A stretch of DNA of 64,000 nt from NCBI GenBank assembly GCA_016748015.1, contig JAAOMT010000481.1, positions 12,583 through 76,582 of the forward strand, in the 5' to 3' direction. The notes below the pieces were generated by a model. The model was given only the letters and a program-made list of their open reading frames with translations, had not been told where the DNA came from and did not search any database. A program made the translations under genes and the position numbers. Shown in pieces: positions 13,042-26,113 of the stretch (position 1 is its first letter; each line of letters starts with the position of its first letter). The stretch comes from Geosiphon pyriformis uo1 (lineage: Eukaryota > Fungi > Glomeromycota).

Positions 13042-15683
13042 CCCATTTTTTGAAAATTAAATTAAATTAAAAGATTTAATTTTAAAATTGAAATAAAAGT
13101 TTTAAAAACTGAAATAACATAAAAGAATTTATTCATTTATTAAAACAAAGCAAAATAATATATTTGTTTTATAAATTTAATATTATTCAACAAACTTTTA
13201 CTATTTATAAATTCATCTAAATAAATAAAGTATTTTCACGTTTATAAATCAAAATTTTAATATACATTATTAACAATAAATTATAATTATTTTATCGCTA
13301 ATTAAAGTTTAAGTCTAATTCCTATTTCACATTAAAATAGCAAGATAAAGAAAAATAAAGTTGCCATTTTTACTTATTTCAGCGATAATTACCTTCTTAG
13401 AGATAAAAATTGATAATACTATCTTCAAATCATTGTAAAAACCTTACAAGGGTTTATAACCACTATCTTGAGTCAGAGATTTTTTCAACGGAAGATCTTG
13501 AATAAAATATGAATGTAATTAATTTCATTAAATTCTGGTGCTAAAACCTAATAATAGAATTAATATTAATTAATTTGTCTAACTAGCTTCTCGACTAAAG
13601 AATTAGATTTTATCAATTTTTTTATAATCCTTTAATTAATTTACCTTTGGTAGATATCGAGTTAGATAGAGGCTCGCCATTTAAATAAAATTACTATAGT
13701 TAAAAAAATTATCTCTTTTCAAGGTTTAAAAGTTAAAGGCTCAGAGCAAAAGATCTTGATATCATTTGTACAAATCTAATTTTTATTACATTAACTTTAA
13801 ATCACCTGAAATTTTAAAAAATAAAATGTGAAAGATTTAGAAAATACCAAGTTTTCATAAAATTTATAAAACTTATCTTTTAGAAATTGTGTTAAACTTA
13901 CTAAAAAAATATTCAAAATAATTTTCTAAATTGAATTTTCCTTTATTCTATTAAATAAATATTCCAAAAACAGTCATTTAAAAATAAAAAATACATTTCT
14001 TTAATAAAAGGCTGCGCAAAACCCTAAAACACTTGTTAATAAGATTGTAATATAGAAACATAGATGATCAAATATTTACTCAACAAATTAACTATATCAT
14101 TCTAATAGTTTAATTTACACCCTAAAAACCACTACAATGTATGCATTTATTGAACATGCAAATTCTAAACAAAAAATACATTTGAAATAATTACAGGAAA
14201 GGTTCAACAAGAATTTTATATTTAAAATTAACTAGATTTGTTGTTAATTTGATTAACTGATTTAATAAATTCAATAAGACTAAACCGATTCTGAGGTAAA
14301 CTCTGGAAACCCACCATATTGTCATGTATATAATAGAACCATCAAGCAAGCACATTTAATAAATCGAATAAAGATTATTTTGTTAATGTTGTCATTGGTA
14401 ATAATTTTCTCAAAGATGAAATATAATGAAGCATCAGAGAAATCCATAGAAATATTTCGTTTGTATCAATTTAAATATCATTTAATACTTATTTCTTTAA
14501 CTATTGATTCTTTTCCCAAATCTTTGAGAAGAAAACAAACTAAAATTAATTGCATTTACTATTATTGCATTCATTATAACAATTCTTCTATATTTTATTA
14601 AAAAAAGAAAATTTCTTGGGTATTTTACCTTTTTTCACAGCTTTATTATATCAACTATTATTATTAAAATTTTTAAATTAATAAATATATTAATTTAGAG
14701 TAACATAAAAATTTTTTGGTTTAATAAGTTGACTGCCATTATGTTAATTGTGAAAATTCTTAGCACAATAATTGAGAACAGAAATTTATTTAAAAGCATG
14801 TTTATAAAAGGTGGACAGATTTTTAGTATCTGATCCAGACTTTTTAAAGTGATGACTGGCCATACCAGAAAGGTTTATTGAAAAGAGATGATATCAGATA
14901 CATGAAATTAAACAATTTAATGGTAATAAAGTTTAATTGCAGGTATGTATTAATCTAAAAGTTCAAACGTTGAAATTAAAAGCTTAGAAGATTTTTTACA
15001 GCTGGTATTCAAATAATAATATTATCTATATAAAAGGCTTAAAAATTGGAAATTTTCTCATTATTTTTGTTAAGATTTTTGTCTAAATAAGGCTTACAGC
15101 GAGCCAAATTCAGAATTTATTATCAGATTTGGTAACAAAAGTTTAAAACAGATAAGAAATCTTTGTTTATATGGTTAAAACTGTTGTAAGATGAAAATTT
15201 TTCTTCTTATTAGCCTACCAAAAATTATACCCAAAAGTTCAAATAAGAGTAGTCACATTCAGCAAATCCCATCCAGGTGACCAAAATTTTGCATCACATA
15301 TTTTTTCAACAGATGTAAAGAGATATTAACATCTACATACAAAGTATTAGATTTTCTAGTATAGCAATTGTGATACTTGTGATAAAAATTTGCCACTTTT
15401 AAAATGCTCAGAACTTCTGAAAAAACATAGAATTTTCAATTTGAATATGTAAAAAAGATTACTGTGAGTATTAATGTTCGAAATCTGAGATTTTTGAGTT
15501 GTAATTATTCAAATTCATTATTTTTTTAAAATTACAATGCAGAAAAATACAGCTTAATTTAAAAAAACTAAATAGATTCATATTTTAGAATGATATGAAT
15601 TGTGACTATAATCAGAAAAGCTTTGAACTAAAAATCTTAATAAATTTACAATTTAATCTTGGCAATATTTTAGAAAAATTCTT

Positions 15684-16787
15684 AATAAAAAATGTTTTGA
15701 AAGAATTTAATAAAAGGAATTACAGCTAATTATAATCTTTGATAAATATTTTATCTCTAAATTGAATTTATTTTTATTTATAAGTGTTTAATATTAACCT
15801 TTATTTACAGTTTTAAATTTATTAATATGATATAAAAATTGATATAAGATCTTTAACATCAATAATTAAATTAGCAAAAAAAGCAAATAATTTAATTTCA
15901 AGTGGATCATAATAAATATACATTTATTTTAATCTCTTATCATCTGATTTTCATTATCAGAATAAAATTTGATGATGGTAAACTCTTAATTTGGAAAAAT
16001 ATTATAAAATATTATTCAAAAAAATGTTTTTTATAAATTTTTGCCTTGATAAATATTAGAAAATTTTAATTATTAATAATTTAAACTCTTTTATATATAC
16101 CAAGTTTTAAACAATAAATCATGTAAGTTAAGATTTAATAATAAGGTTTTGAAAAAAATTACACATAGTAATAGACTTGGGCACTATTATTTACAAACCA
16201 ATTTCATATTTTTAATTTGATAAATTAATAAACAATTTTTTTTGGTTAATTTTAAAAATATTTTCAAAATTTAAAAGCAGTAATTATTATAAGACAACCC
16301 TTAAATTTGAACACTTAAATTATAATTATAATTTTCATTATTTTTAAAAATTTAATAAAAAATTTAACAAAAATAGTTAATATGGCAACAAAAAAAAGTT
16401 ATTCAAAAATATATAAATCTTACATATATCAAAAACATTTTTTTCTTCAAATATTATTTTAACTCTTTTTAAATAGTTTATAATAACTATTTCTTAAAAT
16501 TATTACTCTTATAAAAAAAACATAAAAAGTTATTTTGGAATTTATTTACCAAACTTTTAAAACAAGCTTTAAAAAAACACAATATTTAATTTTATTAATA
16601 TTTTAATAGTTATTATAATTTAATAAAAACTTTAACAGTGTTTTAATAAACAAAACAATAATTATATTTTTTACATAAAAAATACTTAATAAAAAAACAG
16701 TGCTTAAAACAACAAAAGAAAATATTTAATAAATTTAAAAATAGTTGAATTAATAAACATTTATTACAAAATTAGAACAGCTTTTAA
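15684..16787 (+). repeat. Segmental duplication block A, copy 1 (partner 43388-44435)
   Basis: Near-identical to 43388-44435, starting aataaaaaatgttttgaaagaat and ending attagaacagcttttaa. Confidence 0.95.
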
Positions 16788-16789
16788 CT

Positions 16790-19112
16790 TATTACTAATT
16801 TTCTGTCTTTTTGTGACAGTTTTTTATGGGTTAATAACAAAATACACTCCAATATTATCTTTGATTATTTTTGTTTTCGATTATAAGCAAAGCATCTAAA
16901 TGGTTTTTTATTTAATAATTATAGATTATAAGAAAAATATTTGAATATTATAATCAAAAAAAAATTTTTCTATGCTAATTAAAAAAAAGTCTGTTTTGGG
17001 ACTAAAATAATTTTTTTTATAACTGTTTTGTCGTTTTATTGCTGATTACTTTGGGTATTACAATAACTGATAACCAATTGGTTCTTTTGTAATACTTTTT
17101 GATTTGTTTACCATGAACAAGTCGATTATTAAATATTAAACCATTTTAGTTTGATTTGTATTCAAAAAGTGTTTTATATGTTTTTTTTTTCTTTAGTTTT
17201 TTTAAAAAAAAAATTATTTTTTTGTATACTATTTTTTTTGCCTTTATTAAAGAATTTAGAATTGTTTCAAGTTTTTATAGTAAAATGTTTTTATAATTAA
17301 GTTCAGTTATTTTTTTAAAGAGTATTGTTTTGATATCTGTTTCAATTAATAACATTGCTATATATTTATAAAATAAGTAGAAAAGTTTATAATCAGTTAT
17401 GTTATAATTTACTCTTCTATAAGCAAAGAAAGCTAAAGCAAAATTTTGTTCTATAGATTCGTTTTTTTATTGGTTTTTGCTAAAGTTTTACAAAGTGTTT
17501 GGTTGAAATGTTCCATTAATTTATTGGTTTATAAATGATAAAGGGAGAAGAATTTGTAATATACTCTAAGTTTTTTTAATAGTTCTTCTACTAATAAAAT
17601 AAGAAAAGCTTTTTTCTGTCTAAAAGCAGTTTTTAAAGACATTTATGTCTACATTTAATTTTCTCATAGGTAAAGTTGGCGATTGAAATAACTGTTTAAT
17701 TTGGTATTGTTTTTGTTTCTATTCATTTTGTTAAATAATAAGTTGCTGTTATAATATATTTATTTCTATCAAAAGTTACTGTCAGAAATCCAATAACATT
17801 AATTCCAATTTTGTCAAAAAGTTTACCAATAAATATAGGATAAATGTTTTTTTTTATTGAATTTTTTTTTTATTAACAGATATTACAAGTTTCAATATAT
17901 TTTGTTATATTTTTTTCTAATGTTGGTCAATAATATCTTATTAATGTTTTTTGAATAGTCTTTGTTTTTTCAAAATGTTTTGTTAAAGAATCAGTATGCA
18001 TATTATATATATGATTTTTTTTTCTCAAATTGGTTCTAATAAATCAAATAAAAATTTGATTGTTTTCACAAATGTTTTTTTTGCTGTCAATTATATTCTG
18101 ATAAATTTTTTTTATCCAAAAATTTAATTAGTGCTGAATAGTTTTTCAAGTTTATTTGTTAGTTGTTAATTTAAGCAATTAATTAATGATTAATTTAATT
18201 GGTTTTTACTAAGTAACCAATCAAGATAAAACATCTGTATTATGATTGCTTATTTTTTTTAATATTTAATGTTGTAATTAAATTCATCTAAGTAGATAAT
18301 TCAATAGAAAAGTTTTTTATAATCCAATTTTATTTTGTTTTTTAGCCAAATTAAAGCTTAATGATCAATATATAAATAGAATTTTCTTTCTATAAAATAC
18401 TTATTCCAGTAATCAATAGATTATACTACTGCTAAGCATTTTTTTTTAGTTATTGTATAGTTTTCTCTGCTTATCTTAGGATTTTATTATTATAGACTAT
18501 AACTTGCTTTTTTTTTCTTTATTTTTTTGTGATAAAATAGCATCAAGAGAAACATCAAAGACATTAGTATGAAAAATGAATGGCTTGTAAAAATTAGGTT
18601 GTTTTAAGATTGGCTTAGGAGTTAGTTTTTTCTTAAGAGTTTTAAATGCTTTTTGTTAAAAAATACTTTAATAATAATTAATATTTTTCTTTAGAAGCTG
18701 ATTAAACAGATTTGCAATTTTAGAGAAATTTTTAATGAACTTTTAATAGTATGAAACTAATTCCAAAAAAAATTATAGCTCAGAAATATTCATCAATTGT
18801 CTAAGTTTTTGTACTTTTTTAATTTTGGTTGGGTCTAGAAAGATTCTATTTTTTGTTATAAGATGTCTTAAAAACTGGGAAGACTGTTTTTTGAAGAATA
18901 TTTTGATAAAATTGATCATAAGTTTGGCATTTCTTAGAAGATTGAAAACTTTTTAAAGATATTCTAAGTGTTTATTTCAAGTTTTCGAGTATACAATTAT
19001 ATCATCAAAGTACACAAAAATAAACTTTTGATGTTCTAATCCAAATACTTTATTCATTAATCTTTTAAATGTAAGTGAGACATTTGTTAATCCAAAAGAC
19101 ATTACTGTGAAT
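16790..19112 (-). mobile_element. Ty3/Gypsy pol fragment (RT C-half, RNase H, integrase), decayed, no LTR seen
   Basis: EFTVMSFGLTNVSLTFKRLMN..FVYFDDIIVYSKT (MPFGL/YxDD), LKQPNFYKPFIFHTN (RT-RNaseH connection), FDKIGINVIGFL..YLTK (rve). The RT-RH-IN order is Gypsy-type. Many stops. Confidence 0.9.
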
Positions 19113-19329
19113 TCGTGTTCCTTCATAGCCGTTGGTGAGCAATCTTCTTCATATTCGCAATATACTTTTGCAAAATTTATGTCGCTATTCATTATCTCTC
19201 AAATAATCGCTTGTACACGCATCGCAGACGCTAAATAATGATTTTGCCTATTCCATACCTTTGGTGTCGATCCTATATCTTTTAGATCCAAATTTGGGTT
19301 ACTGGTTTGGTTATAGGGAGTACGTCGCC

Positions 19330-21783
19330 ATGGAAGAAGCTTTTTCGGACTCGGAATACTGCGATCCTTGTGACGTTGCCAAAGATTTCTGCCAACACGT
19401 TGACAAAAACATGACGGAGTGGGATCCGACAGAGTACGACTCACCGTACTGTGACCTGATACAAGCTTCCGGCTTTGGAAAGTCTCGACTGATGGTAGAG
19501 ATCGGGAAAATTTTACCCATTTCGTATGTTTGTCTTCGCAAAGAAGACAGTGGCGGATATCCACCTCGTTGTCCAATTGCCGATATCTTGACCGGACAGA
19601 GAAAGCTTAACGATGGGACCGGACGAGATGCCGACATGGTCAAAGTATATGTTGCATATTTTTGTGCAATATTTGAGCGCATCCAGTTCTTTTTCCATGA
19701 AATGATCGCCGAAGGATTGGCGGAACGCTGGATCCAAAAACAAATTTCCAAAAAATCATCAAAGGTTTTTTGGTTCGCAGTGGAAGCGAAAATGAGAGAA
19801 ATTATTGTACAGCTTCCGTCTTTGACTGCAAATGCGAATGGCCCCACATATTTCACAAAATTAAAAATGGTTGTGTCTAAATACTGGAAGTCAACGAGAA
19901 CATGCTTGGAACGACCCTGGAGAATCGATGGTTATGAAGTCAAATCACGGTTCTTGTTTGTTTTTGACGAAGCAAGGATCCTAAATGAAAAGAAAGGACA
20001 GACCTGGAGTAACTTCGAGTGGTTGCGATACGCCATGGGGACACTTCCTGTAAACGGTGATGGTGGAGGAGTGTTTTGTGTTTTCTTGGACACTACTTCC
20101 AAGATCCATAATTTCAGTTCATTTCGTCTGCAAGAAAAAGGACGCAAACTGTTTCCTCCATTCACTGAAGTCGCGTTTGTCGATCTTTCTGCCACAGACT
20201 CGCCGCAAACCTTGGCTGAATCAGCTCTACCACAGCACTTTTTTAAATTCGGAAGACCATTATGGACGGCTTTGCATAGATCTGGCCATCTCGCACCAGC
20301 CAACGTCATATCAATCGCGAGAAGCAAGCTAATCGGTGGCATGGATTACAACGGCTGGCTAGATAAGAAGAAGGGAGAACGGATCAATGATCTGGAGTGC
20401 CTTGCAATTCTTGGTCCTCGTCTTTGTCTGGACATTGTTCCTCAAAGCGAATTGGCCTCAACACTTACTGTAAGCTACATGCGCCCTTGTTTCTTCATCA
20501 ACGACACACGAACCACAATTTTATGCATAACAGAAGCTACAATCGCAGAAGCTTCAGCGCAAATCACCGGTGAGTCTGAAGGGGTTGGGTTGGTAAGAGT
20601 TCTGAATCCTCTCATAAACATGATGAAGGAAGGACTGGTCGAGAGAGGATACAGAGGAGAAGTGGTTGCGCGCCTTATTTTGTTGCATGCGTGGGACCGT
20701 GCTTGTGGTGCATTGCAGTCGTTGAATAGCGAAGAGAGTTCGAATTGGTTTTCTCGTCCTATGCCTCTGGTACGCTATCTGAGATATCTCCTTAATTATA
20801 ATGTCTACTGCGAGGTAATTTCTAAGATGGCTGAAGACGACATTAAGAAGAAGTTGTTGAAGGCATATATTCGATTTAACCATTTCGTTGCGATCACCTA
20901 TACACCGCCTCCCGAACATATTCTTGAAACGCTTAAGCGCGGCATTGCTTTTGTCTGCAAGCGATATCAACAAGGGACAGACTTAATCATTCCTTTGGTA
21001 ATGGACATTGGGATTCATGACCTTATGACGTTAAACAATATTTCTTATGTTCTGGTCTCTGTGAAGAACTATCAAAAGAGCAAAGATAATAACTACTTCA
21101 ATCCGTCAAATGTCGGAATCGAACAATTACCCACCTTGCCTTTCTTATCGCTATACATGCAATTCGGTGCTAACGTGGCAGGTGTAGATGAGGAATATCA
21201 CTTCCCTCAAGTTGGTACAATCACTGGAACCACCGAGGCAAAGATAGTGGGGATTCAAAGGCGTGAAAAAAATGAAGGATTTTCCGGGAGTTTGCTACGG
21301 AAACGGAAATGCGAGTCTAATTCTGAAGAGAAAAACAGCCATGAGCTTGCATACAGACATTGTTATCAGTTTGCAGTCGGATTGTTTGGTCTCACTGCAT
21401 ATGATTTTTTGCAGGAAAATGATAGCGGAAATCATTTGCTGAACACTGTTCGACGATTGCTAGTGGCTTGGCAGGATCCTGTCGATTGTCAAATGGATGA
21501 AAATGATCATTTTCTGCTTCTGCAGATGCAACCATTGGTGTATACGTCAGAAGAGCCTGCTATAAGTTCGCGATCCCAGTCGACCAGCCAGTCGACAACT
21601 CCCAGAGTGAAAACTAGTGTTCATCGTGAAATCGTAGAAACCGGAAGTTCTTTGACACCAGCCTCTTTTGATTCAATAGACCAAAAACTTATTCCTAATC
21701 AGCAGAAGCTTGAAACGGACATCGCACAAGCCATTGAAGAAGCCGAGAGGTACCTCCAGGAGAAAGCAACAAAGACAACATAA
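19330..21783 (+). CDS. Crinkler/CR-type P-loop NTPase + restriction-endonuclease-fold protein, copy 1 (exon 1 lost; open from acceptor 19286, first ATG 19330)
   Basis: Walker A QASGFGKS, Walker B FLFVFDEAR, VFLDT, GRPLW, RGEVVARLILL, FNHF, and a C-terminal QGTDLIIP...LVSVKNY PD-(D/E)xK-like signature. Uninterrupted 2.5-kb frame. Confidence 0.75.
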   Translation: MEEAFSDSEYCDPCDVAKDFCQHVDKNMTEWDPTEYDSPYCDLIQASGFGKSRLMVEIGKILPISYVCLRKEDSGGYPPRCPIADILTGQRKLNDGTGRDADMVKVYVAYFCAIFERIQFFFHEMIAEGLAERWIQKQISKKSSKVFWFAVEAKMREIIVQLPSLTANANGPTYFTKLKMVVSKYWKSTRTCLERPWRIDGYEVKSRFLFVFDEARILNEKKGQTWSNFEWLRYAMGTLPVNGDGGGVFCVFLDTTSKIHNFSSFRLQEKGRKLFPPFTEVAFVDLSATDSPQTLAESALPQHFFKFGRPLWTALHRSGHLAPANVISIARSKLIGGMDYNGWLDKKKGERINDLECLAILGPRLCLDIVPQSELASTLTVSYMRPCFFINDTRTTILCITEATIAEASAQITGESEGVGLVRVLNPLINMMKEGLVERGYRGEVVARLILLHAWDRACGALQSLNSEESSNWFSRPMPLVRYLRYLLNYNVYCEVISKMAEDDIKKKLLKAYIRFNHFVAITYTPPPEHILETLKRGIAFVCKRYQQGTDLIIPLVMDIGIHDLMTLNNISYVLVSVKNYQKSKDNNYFNPSNVGIEQLPTLPFLSLYMQFGANVAGVDEEYHFPQVGTITGTTEAKIVGIQRREKNEGFSGSLLRKRKCESNSEEKNSHELAYRHCYQFAVGLFGLTAYDFLQENDSGNHLLNTVRRLLVAWQDPVDCQMDENDHFLLLQMQPLVYTSEEPAISSRSQSTSQSTTPRVKTSVHREIVETGSSLTPASFDSIDQKLIPNQQKLETDIAQAIEEAERYLQEKATKTT

Positions 21784-21899
21784 GTTGTAGATGCTGTGTA
21801 TTTCCAGACAGTTATTGGTGCAACTCAAAAATAAAGTCACTTTCAGTTTTAATATATATTACTTTAAAGCAGTTCTTAATTGGTTGCCTATTCATTATT

Positions 21900-23800
21900 G
21901 GATTACCCGTATATGAAAAGTTCTAATAATAACAGTTTTTACCGAATGAAAAGGCAATATGTTTCTTGGATTTAGGTTGTGATTGTCGTTGCTCAAAAAG
22001 AATTCTAAAAGAAAAGTTTGCCAAATTACGTAAGGTATTTCAAGCTCTCTCTAGATCTAAACAAGATATATTTTTAATACCAGTTCAAACCAATAAATAG
22101 TGGAAAAATAACTGCCAGCCAATATGTTAAAAATAAAATGCATACTAAGCGAACATTTTACTACTGAGATCACAATACACTGCTTTGTCAGAAAACATAT
22201 CTCAATATGTTGAAAAATATCAGAAATTATCTAACAACAAATAGCATAATACCATGCATTTATAGTAACATAAAATGAATGCCATAATGAAAAACCAAGA
22301 TAATTATTGATAAAATTGTTGCTACATGAAGAATCTTTTCAAAAATTATGTTAAAATACCTAAATTACCAAGTCCTGGTAGAAATTTTAACCAAATACTT
22401 GATTACTTATACTTTTTTCAGCTAAAATAAGTTATAAATTTTATTTATTATGATTTTATTACAGGTTACAAAAGCAATAGCATGTTAAAATTGAAAAAAT
22501 ATTATATATTTCACAAGCTATAACATCAACTAATGCTTTATATTCAAATTATAAATCCAAAATGAATTATGTAATACATGTTCACATTTTTGATATAAAT
22601 TATAATACAATGACTACAAGAAAAAAAAGCAAAAAATCTACTAATAAAATATAAAAAACATCTGATTAAAGTTAAATTGAAGAAATAATTATAACAAAAA
22701 TATAAAATTAGCAAAATAATAAAATAATTAGTAGATAAATATTTTATGATAAGAGATAAAGCTTATTATTATAGCATTAATATTATAGTTTATTATAGCT
22801 ATAATTGAGATATAAATAAAATTTATTATTTTAGTCTATGTAAAGTATATTTATTTGGTATTTAAGTTAAGACAATATGTAAACAAATTAATTATATTTT
22901 TGATAAAAACAAAATCATAAGAAAAAAATTTAATAGCATATTAAACATAATATTTAATAAAATTAAAAAATTGAATAAAAATAAAAAACATTTAAAAAAT
23001 ATTTTTGATAATATAAAAAAACAAAATAATAATAAAATTACCATTTGATTTTATTTATATTTAATAATTTGCAGCTATTATAAAAGTATTGAAAAACTTA
23101 TTAAAAATAACTATTCAGTTTACAAAAGTTTTAGCATTTTCTGTTTAGCAAAGCCAATTTTGATGTAATCAAAATTTAATAGTTTTTTTTAGAAATTCAG
23201 ATTTTTAAAAATTGGCAATTCAAAGTTTTAAAAAGTAAAAAAAACAAATTTTTTTATTTTCTGTGTTAGTGTTTTCTTTAAAAAAGTATAAAGACACAAA
23301 TATCTTTATAATTATATTAAGCTTTTTTTTAAGATATATTTAAAAATTAAATAATATTTAATTAAGCAAATTAGTCAACAAAAAAATTCTCTAATTAAAT
23401 TAATTGCTAACAGAAATAAAATTTTGTTTTTTTTTGTTCAAAATATATTTATAAATTTGGTAAATTATTTTAACAATTTTTTAAAAACTTTAAAAAAAAA
23501 CAAATATATTCAGTTTTAATTTAAAAAATGATGTAATAAATGCTTAAAAAAATTTATTTTTGATAATACTATTAAAAAAAATAGTTTTAACTTATGCTAA
23601 ATTACAAAATAAAAAGAAAAAACATTTTGAAAAAATAATTTTAAGTATAAAAAACTTAAAGTGAATTTTAAACTTGATATTTCTTTTTTTTAACTAAAAA
23701 AATTCTGTTAACTTTACAAAAAAATTTAATTAATAAATTATTAGTCTTAAATACTATTTATAAAAAAAAGCTTATTTAGTAAAAAGCCAGCAATTATCAA
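21900..23800 (+). mobile_element. Decayed DNA transposase, Sola-like (CxC ... LPSPGR ... DNxxxQNxN ... GHTKFxCD type)
   Basis: FLDLGCDCRCSKRILKEKFAKLR..FQALS, LCQKTYLNML, LPSPGRNF, FDN...QNNN..TI*FYLYL. In copy 2 also KHIKFKYNDNFRLIK, the decayed equivalent of GHTKFxCDxxFGLIK. Superfamily assignment is from memory. Confidence 0.55.
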
Positions 23801-24139
23801 TGCAAAAAAAAATTTGCTAATTTTTTAATATAAAATTAATATATTAAAAATTAATAATAAAACTTAATTTCACTATTGAAAATAAATCAAAAATTATTTT
23901 TTTAATTTTAATTTATTAATAATAATTATTTTTTAATTATTTCTATTTATAATTATTAAAAACTTAATAAATATTATGTTATATTAAATTATAAGTATAA
24001 TCAACATATTTAAAAAAATAATATCTATTATATATTATTATCAATATTAGTAATTTTAAAGATAAAAATTATGTTAACACTATAAAAATATAAACAAAAA
24101 GTTAATTTTATGTATTGAATAATAATATGTATTTATTTT

Positions 24140-24394
24140 GTTTAATTTTATTACAATATGTATTATTTTCTGAATATTAATTTTAAATTAAATATAATTT
24201 ATGCATAATCTATATATAATTTAATATAAACTTAATTAAAGATAAATTATAATAAAAATTTATTATAAACAAATATTTTTATTTCTAATTATATTACCTA
24301 TTTATTTACTAATAATTTTGGCAGTTAATTTAATTGAAAAAAACCATTATAGAATCTAATATATTATAATTAATAATAATATTATTAATATATA

Positions 24395-24431
<37 letters not shown>

Positions 24432-26113
24432 ATTAAACAAAATTTGTTAATTTTCAAATTTACTTTGTAAAACTTATTATTAAAAATTATAAGATTTTTT
24501 TAATTATAAAATACTTTTTTTTCAATTTAATATATAAAACAGAAAAAACATTAAGCAATTTAAAGATTAAAATAATCAAAGTATTAATAAATTTTATAAT
24601 AAATTTAATTAATAAAACTAATACAACTAAGTTAAACTTTAAAAACACCAATTAAAAACCAATTTTAAAATTAATAGCAGTAAAAATAATTATAGATATA
24701 ATAATAAGAAAAATTAATATTATAAAACTCTTAATATATAATTTAATATTAACAAAAAAAATTAAATCTTAGAATTATTTATAGTTTTAAATAAAAACTT
24801 AAAAAAAAAATGAAACCATTTTATAATTTGTGACCAAATAATCTGAATTTTAATATTTATAACTATAATAATATTTAAGAATTTTTTATTAAATATAACT
24901 CTTATATAAAATATTAGTTTTAAAACTACAAGATTTAAAATCTTTAATAACTTAAAAATTATAACAGCAAAAAATTAATAATAATAAAAATTAAGAAAAT
25001 AAAGAATAAAAAAATTTTATTTATTAATTTGAAAAATCATATTACTAATTTTAAAATCTGTACAGCCAAAAAAATCGACTAACTTGGTTTTAAAATTTTT
25101 TTTTAAGATAATATTTTTTTTTAAATAAACAAAAAATTTTTAAATTAAATAATAGCATATTTTTATAAGCTTATAAATTTCAAATAAATAAAAAAACTTT
25201 ATTAAAAACATTCAATGCATTTTTAATATTATTGAAATATATATTAAGAAAGATAATATAGAATACAACAAAAAAAAAGCACAAATCACGACAAAAAACT
25301 TTATAATTTTAAGTATAATTAGAAAAAAAATTATTAATAAAAATTTTAGTAACAATTAAGAAAACTTCAAAGACAAAATTTATACAAAACAATTTATTAT
25401 TATCTTTTAAAACTGATTTAAATTTAATATAATTAGATCTTAACTAAAACAAAAATTTAATAAAAGCAATATAATCTTAAAAATAATATCAAATATTAAA
25501 GTAAAAACTATTTATTTAAAAGATTTTTTATATCAAAAAATTGTTTTCTAAATATTATCAAAAGCAGTATTAAATAACAAAAAAAAAATAATTAATTTGG
25601 TTTTTATTTAGTTATTTTAATTTTTAAGATTAAATAATCTAATAAATTGATTAATTAAAAACACACCTAAAAATATGTCTTGTTTTGCTTCTAAAACCAG
25701 CAATAATCTGTTAAAAAACATCATACTTAATAATATATATTGTTATTATTATTGTTTAAATTAAAAAAAATTAATTATTATAATAAAGATTTTATTTAAA
25801 ATCTTATTAAATACTTTAAAGCTTTTAAAAAAAATAAAAACAACACTAAAATTAATTCAAGTATGCTTTTTGAAAGAATTTTAAGTAAAAAAAACTACCA
25901 ATTAAATGAAAAAAATGCTTTAAAAATTGTTAAAACAGCTTTATATTATTAATATTTAAAGAATATATTTTTAAAATATTTTGCTTAATTGTTTTTACAA
26001 TAGAAAATAATTTTTTTGTTAAAATTTTGTTAATATTATAGAAAAAATAATATATAAAACTTTTTATTTTTGCTTTAATTATAGTTATAAAAATAAAATA
26101 AAAAGGTTTTTTT
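24140..26113 (-). mobile_element. Heavily decayed full-length copy of the ORF1-only retroelement
   Basis: The 5' end (26060-26113) aligns to 31760-31824, the internal RLLLVLEAKQ matches RSLLVLEAKQ, and the 3' UTR (24170-24245) aligns to 29590-29660. There is no room for ORF2. Confidence 0.7.

Noticed and set aside
13300-15600. Possible pseudogene fragments with splice-like sites
   Set aside because: No recognisable motif and multiple stops; cannot assign a product.
18977-19192. 71-aa ORF containing RT motifs
   Set aside because: Chimeric read-through across the junction: the first third is antisense intron, the rest is decayed Gypsy RT.
19199-20973. Antisense and alternative-frame ORFs over the NTPase gene (also 48219-50098)
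   Set aside because: Shadow ORFs of a GC-rich CDS; shared only because the DNA is duplicated.
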